Shown here piece by piece: positions 35,940-46,249 of a DNA stretch of 64,000 bases. The notes beneath the pieces are model-generated. The model ran no database searches. It had not been told where the DNA came from and worked only from the letters and a program-made list of their open reading frames with translations. This DNA is from Bryobacterales bacterium (GTDB lineage: Bacteria > Acidobacteriota > Terriglobia > Bryobacterales > UBA6623): the NCBI GenBank assembly GCA_965218555.1, contig OZ244625.1, forward strand, positions 4,412,968 through 4,476,967, in the 5' to 3' direction. Position 1 is the first letter of the stretch. Every line of letters starts with the position of its first letter. Made by a program: the position numbers and the translations under genes.

Positions 35940-37229
35940 ATGAAAGTAACACTCGCTTTCGACAAGACGGGCGCGGAGATCGAGCTGCCCGCGCGGCTGT
36001 CCGTTGATGTCTTGGAGTCACGCTTCGCTGAGGTCCTTGACGACCCTGAGCCGGAGCTGGAAGCGGCGCTCAGGGACCTGATCGGATGCCCGCCACTCGA
36101 GCAAATGGCGTCCGGCAAGCGCTCGGCGGCGATCTCCGTCTGCGACATCACTCGCCCCGCTCCAAACCGTACCGTCCTGCCTGTCGTTATCAACGCCCTC
36201 GAGCGGGCCGGGATACCCTCCTCGGAGATCCGCATCCTCATTGCCACCGGGCTCCACCGTGAGGCGACCGAAAGCGAGCTCAACGAGATCGTCGGACCCG
36301 AGATCCTTGCCCGCCACCCGGTCGATTCCCATCGCGCGAAGCGGGAAGACGAACAGGCCTATCTGGGTGAAACCGCTACGGGCACGCCCGTCTACACGGA
36401 CCGCCGATTTGTTGAAGCCGACCTGCACATCACCCTCGGATTCATTGAGCCGCATCTGATGGCCGGCTTTTCGGGTGGGCGCAAGCTGATCTCGATCGGC
36501 TTGGCCGGTGAGAAGACGATCAAGCGGCTCCACAGCCCGCTGTTCATGCGAGATCCTCAGGCGGTGGAGGGATCGTTTCCCGAGAACCCACTGCATCGCG
36601 AGCTCATGGAAATCGCGGCCATGGCCCGTCACGATTTCATGATCGATGTGGCGTTGACCCGTGATCGCGGCATCGCCGCCGTCTTCGCGGGAGATCCGGA
36701 GGCGGCCTTCGGGCGCGGCGTCGAATTCGTGCGCGCATCAACGTTGGCGACCCTGGACGAGCCGGCCGACGCGGTGATCACCACGTCCGGAGGATATCCG
36801 CTGGATCTGACGTTCTATCAGGCGGTCAAGGGCATCACGGCGGCTTCCCACATCGTCAAGCCCGACGGCGCGATCCTGCTCGCCGCCGCCTGCCGCGAGG
36901 GCGTCGGCAGCCCGGAGTTCACCTCGCTCGTGCGGCGCGGGTTGCACTGGGAAGATCTACTGGACGAGTTGTCGAACGTGCCCGTCACCGTCGACCAATG
37001 GCAGGCGGAAAAGCTGGCGATGGTGGCGCGCAATACGAATCTCTCATTCTGCGTGCCGGGTGTCGCCGTAGAAGACCGGTCGCATCTGTGGGGGCCGGCC
37101 TTCGCCGATCCCCAACAAGCGGTCGATGACCTCACCGCCCGCCTGCCCGACGGCAGCTCGCTAGTGGTTATCCCCGAAGGCCCTTACGTCTTCTCCCAGG
37201 TCATGCCCGAGCCTGCCCTGGTTGGCTAG
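35940..37229 (+). CDS. larA: LarA-like lactate racemase family protein (DUF2088)
   Basis: 429-aa ORF. DITRPAPN, IATGLHR and GFIEPHLMAGFSGGRK motifs as I recall for LarA. Confidence 0.8.
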   Translation: MKVTLAFDKTGAEIELPARLSVDVLESRFAEVLDDPEPELEAALRDLIGCPPLEQMASGKRSAAISVCDITRPAPNRTVLPVVINALERAGIPSSEIRILIATGLHREATESELNEIVGPEILARHPVDSHRAKREDEQAYLGETATGTPVYTDRRFVEADLHITLGFIEPHLMAGFSGGRKLISIGLAGEKTIKRLHSPLFMRDPQAVEGSFPENPLHRELMEIAAMARHDFMIDVALTRDRGIAAVFAGDPEAAFGRGVEFVRASTLATLDEPADAVITTSGGYPLDLTFYQAVKGITAASHIVKPDGAILLAAACREGVGSPEFTSLVRRGLHWEDLLDELSNVPVTVDQWQAEKLAMVARNTNLSFCVPGVAVEDRSHLWGPAFADPQQAVDDLTARLPDGSSLVVIPEGPYVFSQVMPEPALVG

Positions 37230-37285
37230 CCCCCTGAGCCGGGAAGACTTGACAACCTGTTGTAGTACGCCAGGCAGACGGTAAC

Positions 37286-37576
37286 TTACGGAGGGTGGTG
37301 TGGCCGCGCAAGCGGCAGCCCGGATTGGGTGCAATCCACCGCCTGGATCAGGCTCTTTTCGCCGAGCGAAAGCGCCGCCGTGTTTTCGGGAGGATGCAGT
37401 TAGAGACCTGCGTAGCCCTTCTGTTTCTCGGCGAACTGTGGATCGTCGCTGAGTTTGTAGGTGGCCACGCGATGGGGTTGCAAGCCCTGCGTTTTCCAGA
37501 TGCGCCGCATCGACTTTTCACTGATGCCTGCTGCTTGCGCCATCGCTCGCGTGCTCCAGTGGGTGGCGTGGGAGAA
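37286..37576 (-). mobile_element. IS630-family transposase remnant (N-terminal fragment with internal stop)
   Basis: Minus-strand translation: ATHWSTRAMAQAAGISEKSMRRIWKTQGLQPHRVATYKLSDDPQFAEKQKGYAGL*LHPPENTAALSLGEKSLIQAVDCTQSGLPL. This matches the IS630 pattern THWS.R..A...G.S...V.RIW...GL.PH...FK.S.DP.F..K...PPE...L..DEKS.IQALDRTQP.LP. Stop at 37400-37402; no DDE domain. Confidence 0.65.
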
Positions 37577-37754
37577 TTAGCCTTGGAGCGAGAAAGAGAC
37601 GGGATGGTTTCCATCGGGGAAACCTTCTCCGGTCCGACGGGCCGGTGATAATAACCCCCGGCTGGGTCTATTTCTTTCGGAGGCAAGTTTTGGATCAAGC
37701 CCACAGGTCTGCCGTGAGTGCCGGCCCTTTGGGGTCGCATGCCGGAGCGACCAA

Positions 37755-40700
37755 GTGATGAGCATGAAGCCACGGAACCGACCAAGACCCCGCACCAGCA
37801 TCCGTCCAGTTTTCAATCTCGTCGCCCTGTCCTTGATCCTGATTGGCTCGGCCTCGACGGCCCTGCCCCAGGGATACTCGCTGGAAACCGCGGCTCAGAA
37901 GATGGACGTGGCCGCGGGCCTTCGCGTGAAGCTCTTCGCTGCAGAGCCCGAAGTGCGGCAGCCGAGTCTGGTCAAGTGCGACGAGCGCGGCCGCCTGTGG
38001 GTCATTCAATACCTGCAGTACCCCAATCCCGCCGGTCTGAAGAGAGCGAAGATCGACCGTTGGTCACGCACGGTATACGACCGCGTCCCTGAGCCCCCTC
38101 CCGACGGCCCGCGCGGCGCGGACCGCATCACCATTCTGGAGGACACCGACGGCCACGGCCGGGCCGACCAGTTCAAGGACTTTGTCAGTGGACTCAACAT
38201 CGCCACCGGGCTCGCTTTCGGCCATGGCGGTGTATTCGTCCTGCAGCTTCCCTATCTGCTTTTTTACCCGGATCGCAACCGCGACGACGTACCGGACTCC
38301 GACCCCGTGATCTTGCTCGAAGGCTTCGGGATGCAGGATACACAGTCAGTTGCAAACCACCTCACCTGGGGGCCGGACGGGTGGCTCTACGGCCTCAACG
38401 GCAGCACCAGCACGTGTAACATTCGCGGGATCGAGTTTCAGCAGGGCGTATGGCGCTACCATCCACTCACCAAAGAGTTCGAACTGTTCGCGGAAGGAGG
38501 AGGGAACCTCTACGGACTGACCTTCGACCGCAAGGGTAACCTCTTCTACAGCTCCAACGGTGGAGCCCTGTTTTGGCATGCGGTCCAGGGCGGCTATTAC
38601 CGTAAGAGCTTCGGCAAGCACGGGCCGCTGCACAACCTCTATACATACGGATTCTTCGGGCATGTCAAGCACAGCGGCGTCACCGGCGGCCATCTCGTTG
38701 TGGGTGGAACGATCTACGATGCCGACGCTTTCCCTCAGACGTTCCATCAAAGTTTCATTGCAGCCAACTTCCTGGGCCACTCCGCTTCGTGGTGGCGTGT
38801 GAAGCCGCGCGGGTCGACGTTCGAAGCCCTGCAGGTCGGGACGCTGATCGACTCCAACGACACCTGGTTCTCGCCTACGGATTTGGCGCTCGGCCCAGAT
38901 GGCTCGATGTACATCAGTGATTTCCATGACAAGCGGACCGCTCACCCCGATCCGGATGCCGAGTGGGACCGCTCCAACGGGCGGGTTTACAAGATCGAGG
39001 CAAAGAACGCGAAGCCCGCAAAGAATTTTGATTTGGAACGGCTGTCGAGCGCCGAACTGGTCGATCACCTGAAAAATCCGAATGGCTGGTTCGCCTACCA
39101 GGCGCGCCGAATACTGGCTCACCGCCGCGACAAAATCATTCACGAAGACTTGCGAAACGGCATCGTTGAGGCCGGGAACGAAGACTTGGCACTCCAATAT
39201 CTGTGGGCGCTCCATGTTAGTGGCGGCTTGGGCGACGAGGTGGCTGTGGACCTCCTGGGCCACCCGGCGGAATATGTCCGCGCCTGGACAGTGCGACTGC
39301 TTGGTGACCGACGTGCAACTGCGCCACCGCTTGCGGAACAACTCTCCGTGCTCGCCAGGAGGGACCCGAGCGTGGTGGTTCGGAGTCAGCTTGCCGCCAG
39401 CGCCAAGCGGCTCCAATGGCGTGTCGCCTTGCCCGTTCTTTCGGCTCTGCTCGACCGTGATCTCGACGCCCGGGACCCGCACGTGCCGTTGCTGATCTGG
39501 TGGGCGATTGAAAGCAAAGCCCTATCTGACAGCGGAGAGATGGTCAGGCTCTTTACGCAGCCTGGGACGTGGGACACCTCGATGAAGCGGGACAACGTGC
39601 TGCGGCTCATCCGCCGCTACGCCACAGAGGGAACGGCCGCAGGGTACGCCGCCACCCTGCAACTGGCGCGTGCCGCTCCCACTACCCATCTCGAAACCGC
39701 CGTGCAGGCACTCGATCAGGGCCTCGCCGAGCGGGACGTCACGTTGCCCGGGCTAGGGCAGGGCGGACTGTACGAAGAGGTCGCCGCAGTGAAGGGGGAC
39801 CCCGTTTTTGGGCCGAGACGGCCATATGAGGTCATCGCCTCCCCGCTGAGGCGCTGGATTCGCGAGACCTGGAGCGCCAAGCCGCAGAACCTCGATCGCA
39901 CCCGTCTTGCCGTCCGGGCCGGCATTGACGAGGCATATCGGACGATCTTGAGCAGCCTGAAGGACTCCGAAACCTATGAAGATCGCCTCATGGCGCTGCT
40001 CGATCTTCTGCGCGAGCTCGGTCGCCCCGATTGCATCCCCGCCGTCTTGACCCACTTCGATCTCCGACACAATGCCACCGTTCGTCTGCGGGCACTCGAT
40101 GTCTTGGCCCGTTTCGAGTCGGACGAGGTTTCGGCGCGCCTGCTGGATACCTACTCGCAAGTGTCGTCGGCGGAGAAGCGAAAGATTCGTGGTATTCTCC
40201 TGAGCCGGCGCTCCACCGCCCGCGCGTTTCTCGAGGCCGTTGACCAAGGCCTCTTTCCCGCTACCGACGTCGCGGTTACGGAGCTGCGCCAGCTTCCTCT
40301 CTACCGCGACGACGAGATCGACACCCTCGTCCGCAGGCACTGGGGCAACATCCGGCTAGGCAGCACGGAAGAGAAACTAGCCGTGATGCGGCGCCACCGA
40401 AACGACCTCAATACAGGCGAGGGCGACCTGCGGCGCGGCCATCTGCTCTTCATCGAGCACTGCGCGAGCTGCCACCGCCTGTTCGGCGAAGGAGGCACGC
40501 TCGGTAACGACCTGACCGACGCCAACCGCAGCGACCGAGCCGCTTTGCTCGCGGCGCTTGTTGATCCCAGCGCCACAGTACGGACGGGATACTTGACCTA
40601 TATCGTCCGTACGCAGAGTGGCCGTACCGTTCGCGGTATCGTGGAGCACGAAGATGCGGCAGGCGTTACCCTTATCGACAGCGCTCACCAGAAGACCCGG

Positions 40701-40829
40701 ATCGCTCGAAGCGACATCAGATCGATGGGGGTTTCGCCCGAGTCGATCATGCCCGAAAATCTGCTCGACCGGCTCAACACGCAAGAGGTACGAGATTTGT
40801 TCAGCTATCTCCAGAAGGATGCCCCCTGA
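37755..40829 (+). CDS. PVC-type membrane-bound dehydrogenase-like domain / HEAT repeats / C-terminal CxxCH heme-binding domain protein
   Basis: 1024-aa ORF with a signal peptide. N-terminal motif FAAEPEVRQP...WVIQY, a central helical-repeat region and a C-terminal CASCHRLFGEGG cytochrome c motif. Confidence 0.8.
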   Translation: MMSMKPRNRPRPRTSIRPVFNLVALSLILIGSASTALPQGYSLETAAQKMDVAAGLRVKLFAAEPEVRQPSLVKCDERGRLWVIQYLQYPNPAGLKRAKIDRWSRTVYDRVPEPPPDGPRGADRITILEDTDGHGRADQFKDFVSGLNIATGLAFGHGGVFVLQLPYLLFYPDRNRDDVPDSDPVILLEGFGMQDTQSVANHLTWGPDGWLYGLNGSTSTCNIRGIEFQQGVWRYHPLTKEFELFAEGGGNLYGLTFDRKGNLFYSSNGGALFWHAVQGGYYRKSFGKHGPLHNLYTYGFFGHVKHSGVTGGHLVVGGTIYDADAFPQTFHQSFIAANFLGHSASWWRVKPRGSTFEALQVGTLIDSNDTWFSPTDLALGPDGSMYISDFHDKRTAHPDPDAEWDRSNGRVYKIEAKNAKPAKNFDLERLSSAELVDHLKNPNGWFAYQARRILAHRRDKIIHEDLRNGIVEAGNEDLALQYLWALHVSGGLGDEVAVDLLGHPAEYVRAWTVRLLGDRRATAPPLAEQLSVLARRDPSVVVRSQLAASAKRLQWRVALPVLSALLDRDLDARDPHVPLLIWWAIESKALSDSGEMVRLFTQPGTWDTSMKRDNVLRLIRRYATEGTAAGYAATLQLARAAPTTHLETAVQALDQGLAERDVTLPGLGQGGLYEEVAAVKGDPVFGPRRPYEVIASPLRRWIRETWSAKPQNLDRTRLAVRAGIDEAYRTILSSLKDSETYEDRLMALLDLLRELGRPDCIPAVLTHFDLRHNATVRLRALDVLARFESDEVSARLLDTYSQVSSAEKRKIRGILLSRRSTARAFLEAVDQGLFPATDVAVTELRQLPLYRDDEIDTLVRRHWGNIRLGSTEEKLAVMRRHRNDLNTGEGDLRRGHLLFIEHCASCHRLFGEGGTLGNDLTDANRSDRAALLAALVDPSATVRTGYLTYIVRTQSGRTVRGIVEHEDAAGVTLIDSAHQKTRIARSDIRSMGVSPESIMPENLLDRLNTQEVRDLFSYLQKDAP

Positions 40830-40833
40830 TTCC

Positions 40834-41859
40834 ATGACTCTCGCCGATCCCGAACACCGAGCCTACGGCCTCAGCCGGCGCAAGTTTCTCGTGGGTGCGG
40901 CTGCCGGCGCTACCGCCTCGCTTCGAGCCGCTGAGAAGGACCGCGAACTCCAAGACAAAGCTCTTGTCGCCATCACCCTTGATCTCGAGATGCTGCGTAA
41001 CTTTCCGACTTGGGAGACGACGCACTGGGACTACGAGAAGGGCAACCTCAACGACGAAGCCAAACGTTATGCTGTCGAGGCTTGCCGCCGGGTGAAATCC
41101 TACGGCGGCGTTCTGCACAACTTCGCCGTTGGGCAGGTCTTCGAACATGAAAGCGTCGAGTGGCTGCAAGGGATCGTCGCCGCGGGTCACCCCGTCGGCA
41201 ACCATACCTACGACCATGTCTATGTCCTGGCGCGCAAGCACGAGGATGTCCAGTTTCGCTTTCGGCGCGCGCCGTGGCTGATCGAAGACCGCGCGGTCCG
41301 GGACGTCATTCGCGACAACATCAGCAAGTGTTCAAAGGCCATGAAAGCCCGACTCGGCATTGTGCCCGATGGTTTTCGCACGCCCGGAGGCTTCGCCAAC
41401 GGACTCACCGGTCGTCCCGACGTGCAACGTTTGCTTCTTGACCTCGGCTTCCGATGGGTCAGCGGCAAGTACCCTCGGCACGCGATGGGGGAAGTCGGCG
41501 CGGAACCCGGCCAATCGGTCTACGATGCTATCGTGGCCGCCCAAGCGGAAGCGCAGCCGTTTGTCTACCCGACAGGACTGGTGGAGATCCCGATGAGTCC
41601 CGTCAGCGATGTCTGGGCCTTCCGCAATGGACGCTGGAAATTGGATTGGTTTCTCGAAGCCATTCGGCTTGCAGTCACTTGGGCGATCGAGAATCGCGCC
41701 GTATTCGACTTCCTCAGCCACCCGTCCTGCCTGTACACCATGGACCCGGAGTTCCGCGCCGTCGAGCTGATCTGCGAACTCGTTCGCAAGGCCGGTAACC
41801 GCGCTGCCCTGGTCGACCTCAACCAGATTGCTCGGCGCGTCCGAGCACGATCAGCTTGA
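40834..41859 (+). CDS. Polysaccharide deacetylase (NodB/CE4-like), TAT-exported
   Basis: Trimmed to ATG 40834 (MTLADPEH...). TAT motif SRRKFLVGAAAGA. HPVGNHTYDH metal-binding motif. Confidence 0.8.
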   Translation: MTLADPEHRAYGLSRRKFLVGAAAGATASLRAAEKDRELQDKALVAITLDLEMLRNFPTWETTHWDYEKGNLNDEAKRYAVEACRRVKSYGGVLHNFAVGQVFEHESVEWLQGIVAAGHPVGNHTYDHVYVLARKHEDVQFRFRRAPWLIEDRAVRDVIRDNISKCSKAMKARLGIVPDGFRTPGGFANGLTGRPDVQRLLLDLGFRWVSGKYPRHAMGEVGAEPGQSVYDAIVAAQAEAQPFVYPTGLVEIPMSPVSDVWAFRNGRWKLDWFLEAIRLAVTWAIENRAVFDFLSHPSCLYTMDPEFRAVELICELVRKAGNRAALVDLNQIARRVRARSA

Positions 41860-44247
41860 ATGACATTGGCGATGAAGAGACCGCTGTCCCCCTCTGTGCT
41901 ATGCATGGCTCCACTGCTGGCGATCCTTGGCCATCTCGCGGCGGACCTGGGACTCGCTCAGACCGTCACCCTCGAAAACACGCAGCCTCTCGATTGGCAA
42001 GGGCCGCTGGATGAGAAGATGCTCGACGGCCTGCACGTCTTCATCGACCGCAAGCTGGCTGCGTCGATCGAGACCCGCACCCGGCATTGGTCTCGTGACT
42101 TCTCCTCGACGGCTGCGTACGAAACCTCCGTCGAGCCGAACCGCCGCCGATTTCGTACGATCATCGGCCTCGTCGACGAACGACTCCCGCCGTCGATGGA
42201 GCGCTATGGAGACGACGACAACCCGGAGCTTGTCGCCGAGACCTCGTTGTTCCGCGTATTCCAGGTTCGTTGGCCGGTAGTCGAAGGTGTTACCGGCGAA
42301 GGGCTGCTCATCGAACCCCGCCGTGAGCCGGTTGGACACGTCATCGCGATCCCCGATGCCGATCAGATCCCGGAAATGATCGTCGGTCTCGCGTCAGGTC
42401 TCCCGTCGGAAGGGCAATTCGCCCGCAGTCTTGCCGAGAACGGCTTCGAAGTCGTCGTACCACTGCTCATCAACCGGGCTGCCGAAGTTTCGGGTCACCG
42501 CGATGTCAATTTCACCAACCTGCCGCATCGCGAGTGGATCTATCGCCAGGCGTTCGTCATGGGCCGTCACATCATCGGCTACGACGTGCAAAAAGTCCTC
42601 TCGGCCATCGACTGGTTCGAGCAGCGGCGTAACGCCTCCAAGGTGGGTCTCGCCGGCTACGGGGAAGGGGGCCTCGTTGCTTTGTACGCAGCCGCGGTCG
42701 ATCCCCGCATCGATGCCACGCTCGTCAGCGGCTACTTCGCGTCACGTCAGCAAGTCTGGGAAGAGCCTCTCGATCGCACCGTGTGGGGACTCTTGCGAGA
42801 GTTTGGCGACGCAGAGATTGCCAGCCTGATCGCTCCGCGGGGTCTCGTGGTTGAACACGCCGCCGCTCCCGTCTTCGATGGGCCGCCCGAGGTGCCCGAA
42901 GGCTGGCGCAAAGCCGCTGCGCCGGGCGCGATCACGACGCCCTCGTTTCGTTCGGTGGACGCCGAGTTCAACCGTATTGAAACCCTCGTCCCCGACGGTT
43001 TCCAGCCCAGGAGCTTGATCACCGGCCGCAACGGCGCGGTCACAGGGCCGGGCTCCTCGGATGCCCTCAACGAGTTCGCATCCTTGCTCGGTGTTCGATC
43101 GCCCCTTCACCGGTCAACCGAAGCCCCGACGGATCGACGCAGTGGCTTCGACCCGAAAACAAGACAGCACCGTCAGGTGAAGGAACTGGAAACGAGGCTA
43201 CAGGAACTCGTTGCCGCTTCGGGATATGTTCGCGACCGCTTCTACATGAACGCAGCGATGCCCGAGTTGGCTCAAATACCGCCCTCCCGTGTTCTGCGTG
43301 CCGACACATTGTCAGCCGATCAGTTCGCGAAGGCGTCTCAGCGGTTTCGCGACCATCTCTACGACGAAGTCAAGGGCCGCCTCGAGGATCCTCTGCTGCC
43401 GCCCAACCCGCGCTCGCGGCAAATCCACGACAAAGAGAGCTGGACCGGCCACGAGGTCGTTCTCGACGTTCTGCCGGATGTCTTTGCCTGGGGCATCCTC
43501 CTGGTGCCGAAGAACCTCAAGCCCGGCGAACGGCGCCCCGTCGTCGTCACTCAGCACGGCTACAACGGGCTGCCGAGGCACGTCGTCGAAGGCAACGACC
43601 CCTACTACCACAACTTCGCGGCCCGACTGGCCGAACGCGGCTTTGTCGTTTTCGCGCCGCACAATTTCTACCGCAACACCGACCGCTTTCGCTGGCTCGA
43701 CAAGAAAGCCAAAGCCCTGAAGCTGACGATGTTCTCGTTCATCACCGCGCAGCACCAGCAGATTCTGAACTGGCTCGGCTCGCTGCCGTTTGTCGACGCG
43801 ACGAGAGTCGGATTTTACGGCCTCAGCTACGGCGGAACAACGGCAATGATCGTCCCTCCGCTGCTCGAAGGCTACGCGCTGTCGATCTGCTCCGCCAACT
43901 TCAACGAAGACATTCACAAGCTGACGGCCGTCGACCGCGGCTACAGCTACATGTATCATCCGACCTGGGAGGTGCCCTACTTCAATCTCGGAAACACCTT
44001 CGGCCACGCCGAAAAGGCTTATCTGATGGTCCCCCGGCCCTTCATGGTCGAGCGCGGCCACCACGACGGCGTGGGCATGGACCGTTGGATTGCGGGTGAG
44101 TACGCCAAGGTCCGCCGTCTCTACGCCCAGTTGGGCATCGCCGACCGAGCCCACATCCAATTCTTCAACGGCGGACATACCATCCTCGGAGACGACACCT
44201 TCCGTTTCCTTCACAAGCACCTCAACTGGCCCGAGCCGCCCCACTGA
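41860..44247 (+). CDS. Large secreted alpha/beta-hydrolase (esterase/dienelactone-hydrolase-like, two hydrolase-like halves)
   Basis: 795-aa ORF whose ATG directly abuts the upstream TGA. GLAGYGEGG in the first half and a GXSXG elbow, GLSYGG, in the second. Confidence 0.65.
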   Translation: MTLAMKRPLSPSVLCMAPLLAILGHLAADLGLAQTVTLENTQPLDWQGPLDEKMLDGLHVFIDRKLAASIETRTRHWSRDFSSTAAYETSVEPNRRRFRTIIGLVDERLPPSMERYGDDDNPELVAETSLFRVFQVRWPVVEGVTGEGLLIEPRREPVGHVIAIPDADQIPEMIVGLASGLPSEGQFARSLAENGFEVVVPLLINRAAEVSGHRDVNFTNLPHREWIYRQAFVMGRHIIGYDVQKVLSAIDWFEQRRNASKVGLAGYGEGGLVALYAAAVDPRIDATLVSGYFASRQQVWEEPLDRTVWGLLREFGDAEIASLIAPRGLVVEHAAAPVFDGPPEVPEGWRKAAAPGAITTPSFRSVDAEFNRIETLVPDGFQPRSLITGRNGAVTGPGSSDALNEFASLLGVRSPLHRSTEAPTDRRSGFDPKTRQHRQVKELETRLQELVAASGYVRDRFYMNAAMPELAQIPPSRVLRADTLSADQFAKASQRFRDHLYDEVKGRLEDPLLPPNPRSRQIHDKESWTGHEVVLDVLPDVFAWGILLVPKNLKPGERRPVVVTQHGYNGLPRHVVEGNDPYYHNFAARLAERGFVVFAPHNFYRNTDRFRWLDKKAKALKLTMFSFITAQHQQILNWLGSLPFVDATRVGFYGLSYGGTTAMIVPPLLEGYALSICSANFNEDIHKLTAVDRGYSYMYHPTWEVPYFNLGNTFGHAEKAYLMVPRPFMVERGHHDGVGMDRWIAGEYAKVRRLYAQLGIADRAHIQFFNGGHTILGDDTFRFLHKHLNWPEPPH

Positions 44248-44293
44248 AGCTGTTCGAGCTTCGACCGACTCAGTTCTGGCGGGAGAAAACGTC

Positions 44294-45996
44294 ATGAACC
44301 AGAACCGATTCTCGCGGCGAGACTGGTTACAATCCACGAGTCTCCTGGGGCTCGCCGCGCTCGGAGCGCCCGCCGCCGCCGGCGGGACCGGCGAGGGCGC
44401 CGGGAATCAGAAGGCCATCCAGCTCAGACCCGGCCTGAAGCAACTTTTCATGGACGACCGATTCTTCGCGGACCGGCGGGGAATCGAGTTGACCGTCAAT
44501 CCGCCGCTGAAGGCCGGCCAAATCCTCTCTCCGGAGACCCCCTGGGAAAAGCGTGGGCTCGGATACGCCACCGTCCTCCAGGAAGGCGACATCTACAAGA
44601 TGTGGTACAGCGGTTACGTCGGGTTTTACGACAAGCAGACTCGCTCCACGCCGTTCAATCTGTGCTATGCGACCAACGCGAGGACGGAATCCGCTGGAAA
44701 CGAGAAAACGTCAATCTGTTCGACTGGCACGGCCACAATGAGAACAACGTTGTGATGCCGGGGACGACCGCCTCGGTCATGCTCGATCCCCGGGCTGCTC
44801 CCGAGCACCGTTATAAAGCGCTCGGGCTTATCTGGAGCAATGACCTTTGGAGCGAATCAGCCTCGGGCTTGGCGGGGCCTGCCAGCGGTCTGCAGCTATT
44901 CACCAGTCCGGACGGAATTCGTTGGAAGCGGCTCCCCAGGACCGTCTCGCCGTTCTTCCACGATTCGCTGAATCACCTGCTGTATGACGAGCGCATTGAG
45001 AAGTATGTCGCATACCTTCGCCTCTCCAGTCAGAATGCGCCCCGCGACAGCCCGATGTGGTTCAACGACCGGGAGATGTTCGTAGATAAGGCCAGCAAGC
45101 TCTATGAGGCCGACCCAAGCGGCAGAGTTGCCTACTTCGATCCCGGCCGAGCCGTCGGCCGCATCGAACTCGACGATCCGATGCAGGCGCCTTGGCCGTA
45201 TCGCGAAATCAAGACCAAATCCGAAAAGCCTCTCATCTACCGCCAACATGAAGCGTATGACGTGGTTATGGCTTGCGATGAGAACGACCCGCCGCACACC
45301 GACGTGCAGATGGCTCCCGTGATCAAGTTCCCCTACGCCCAGGATGCTTACTTCGCATTGTGGACAAACTACCGCCACTGGGGCTATCCGCCCGACGCGA
45401 AGAACCTGGACTTTCCTGGTGGGACCAGGAAGAATGATGGCATCCAGGATGTGTCGCTGGCCGTCAGCCGTGACGGGATTCACTGGATGCGCCCGAACCG
45501 CTGCCCCTACATCTCTCTGGGCCTTGTCGGCAGCGCCGAGTCGTCGCTGCAATGGCCCGTGCTTGGCCTCCTGCGGAGAGAGGATGAACTGTACCAGTAT
45601 TACGGCGGGGCGGCTCGCACGCATGGAGAGCCCGCGAATCTGCCCCAGGGCGGCCTGTTTCGTCTCGTTCAGCGACTGGATGGTTTTGTCTCGGCCAACG
45701 CCGGTCCGCAAGGCGGAACGTTCACGACGCCGCCCCTGGTGTTCTCGGGCAAGCACCTCGAATTCAACCTGAACGCCTCGGCCCTCGGATACTTGACCGT
45801 CGAGTTGCAGGACGCGCAAGGCAAGGCCCTGCCCGGCTACTCACTCGCCGAATCTCTCCCCATCGATCGCAACCGCCTTGCCGCCGCTGCGCGCTGGAGT
45901 TCCGGGAAGAACGTAGGCCGGCTGACGGGCACTCCCGTTCGTCTTCATATCGCCATGCGGTCATCGAAACTCTACTCGTTTCAATTCACGGGATGA
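44294..45996 (+). pseudogene. TAT-exported beta-propeller glycosidase-like protein, frameshifted near 44672-44682
   Basis: ATG 44294 (MNQNRFSRRDWLQSTSLLGLAALGAPAAA). Frame A reads ...YKMWYSGYVGFYDKQTRSTPFNLCYATNA and frame B continues EDGIRWKRENVNLFDW... to 45996. Together they form one ~567-aa protein related to 54959..56041 (shared MWY.G...YA.S.DG..W pattern). Confidence 0.65.
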
Positions 45997-46005
45997 CAGC
46001 AACCA

Positions 46006-46218
46006 TCAGGCGCCCGCTCCAACGTGAAGAAGTTGCCGTTTTCGCCGCAGAGGTCCCACCACAGCTCGGCCTGTCCCAAGAAAGCGGTCGGCGAGCAGGT
46101 CCAGTGTAGTCTTCCCGGACTGGCGCGGCCTGGTCAGGACCACGGCGGGGAACTTGGAGGCCGCCTTCTTGGGTACTGGCTCCAGCGACGAGGCAGGGAT
46201 GACGACTGAGGGCGGCAA
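46006..46218 (-). pseudogene. Truncated AAA ATPase N-terminal fragment (DUF4143-type P-loop)
   Basis: 70-aa ORF containing FPAVVLTRPRQSGKTTL (Walker A) followed by non-homologous tail. It ends 10 nt from the convergent neighbouring gene. Confidence 0.45.
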
Positions 46219-46249
46219 GGATCATGGCCGGGATAGACATTATCCTGCC

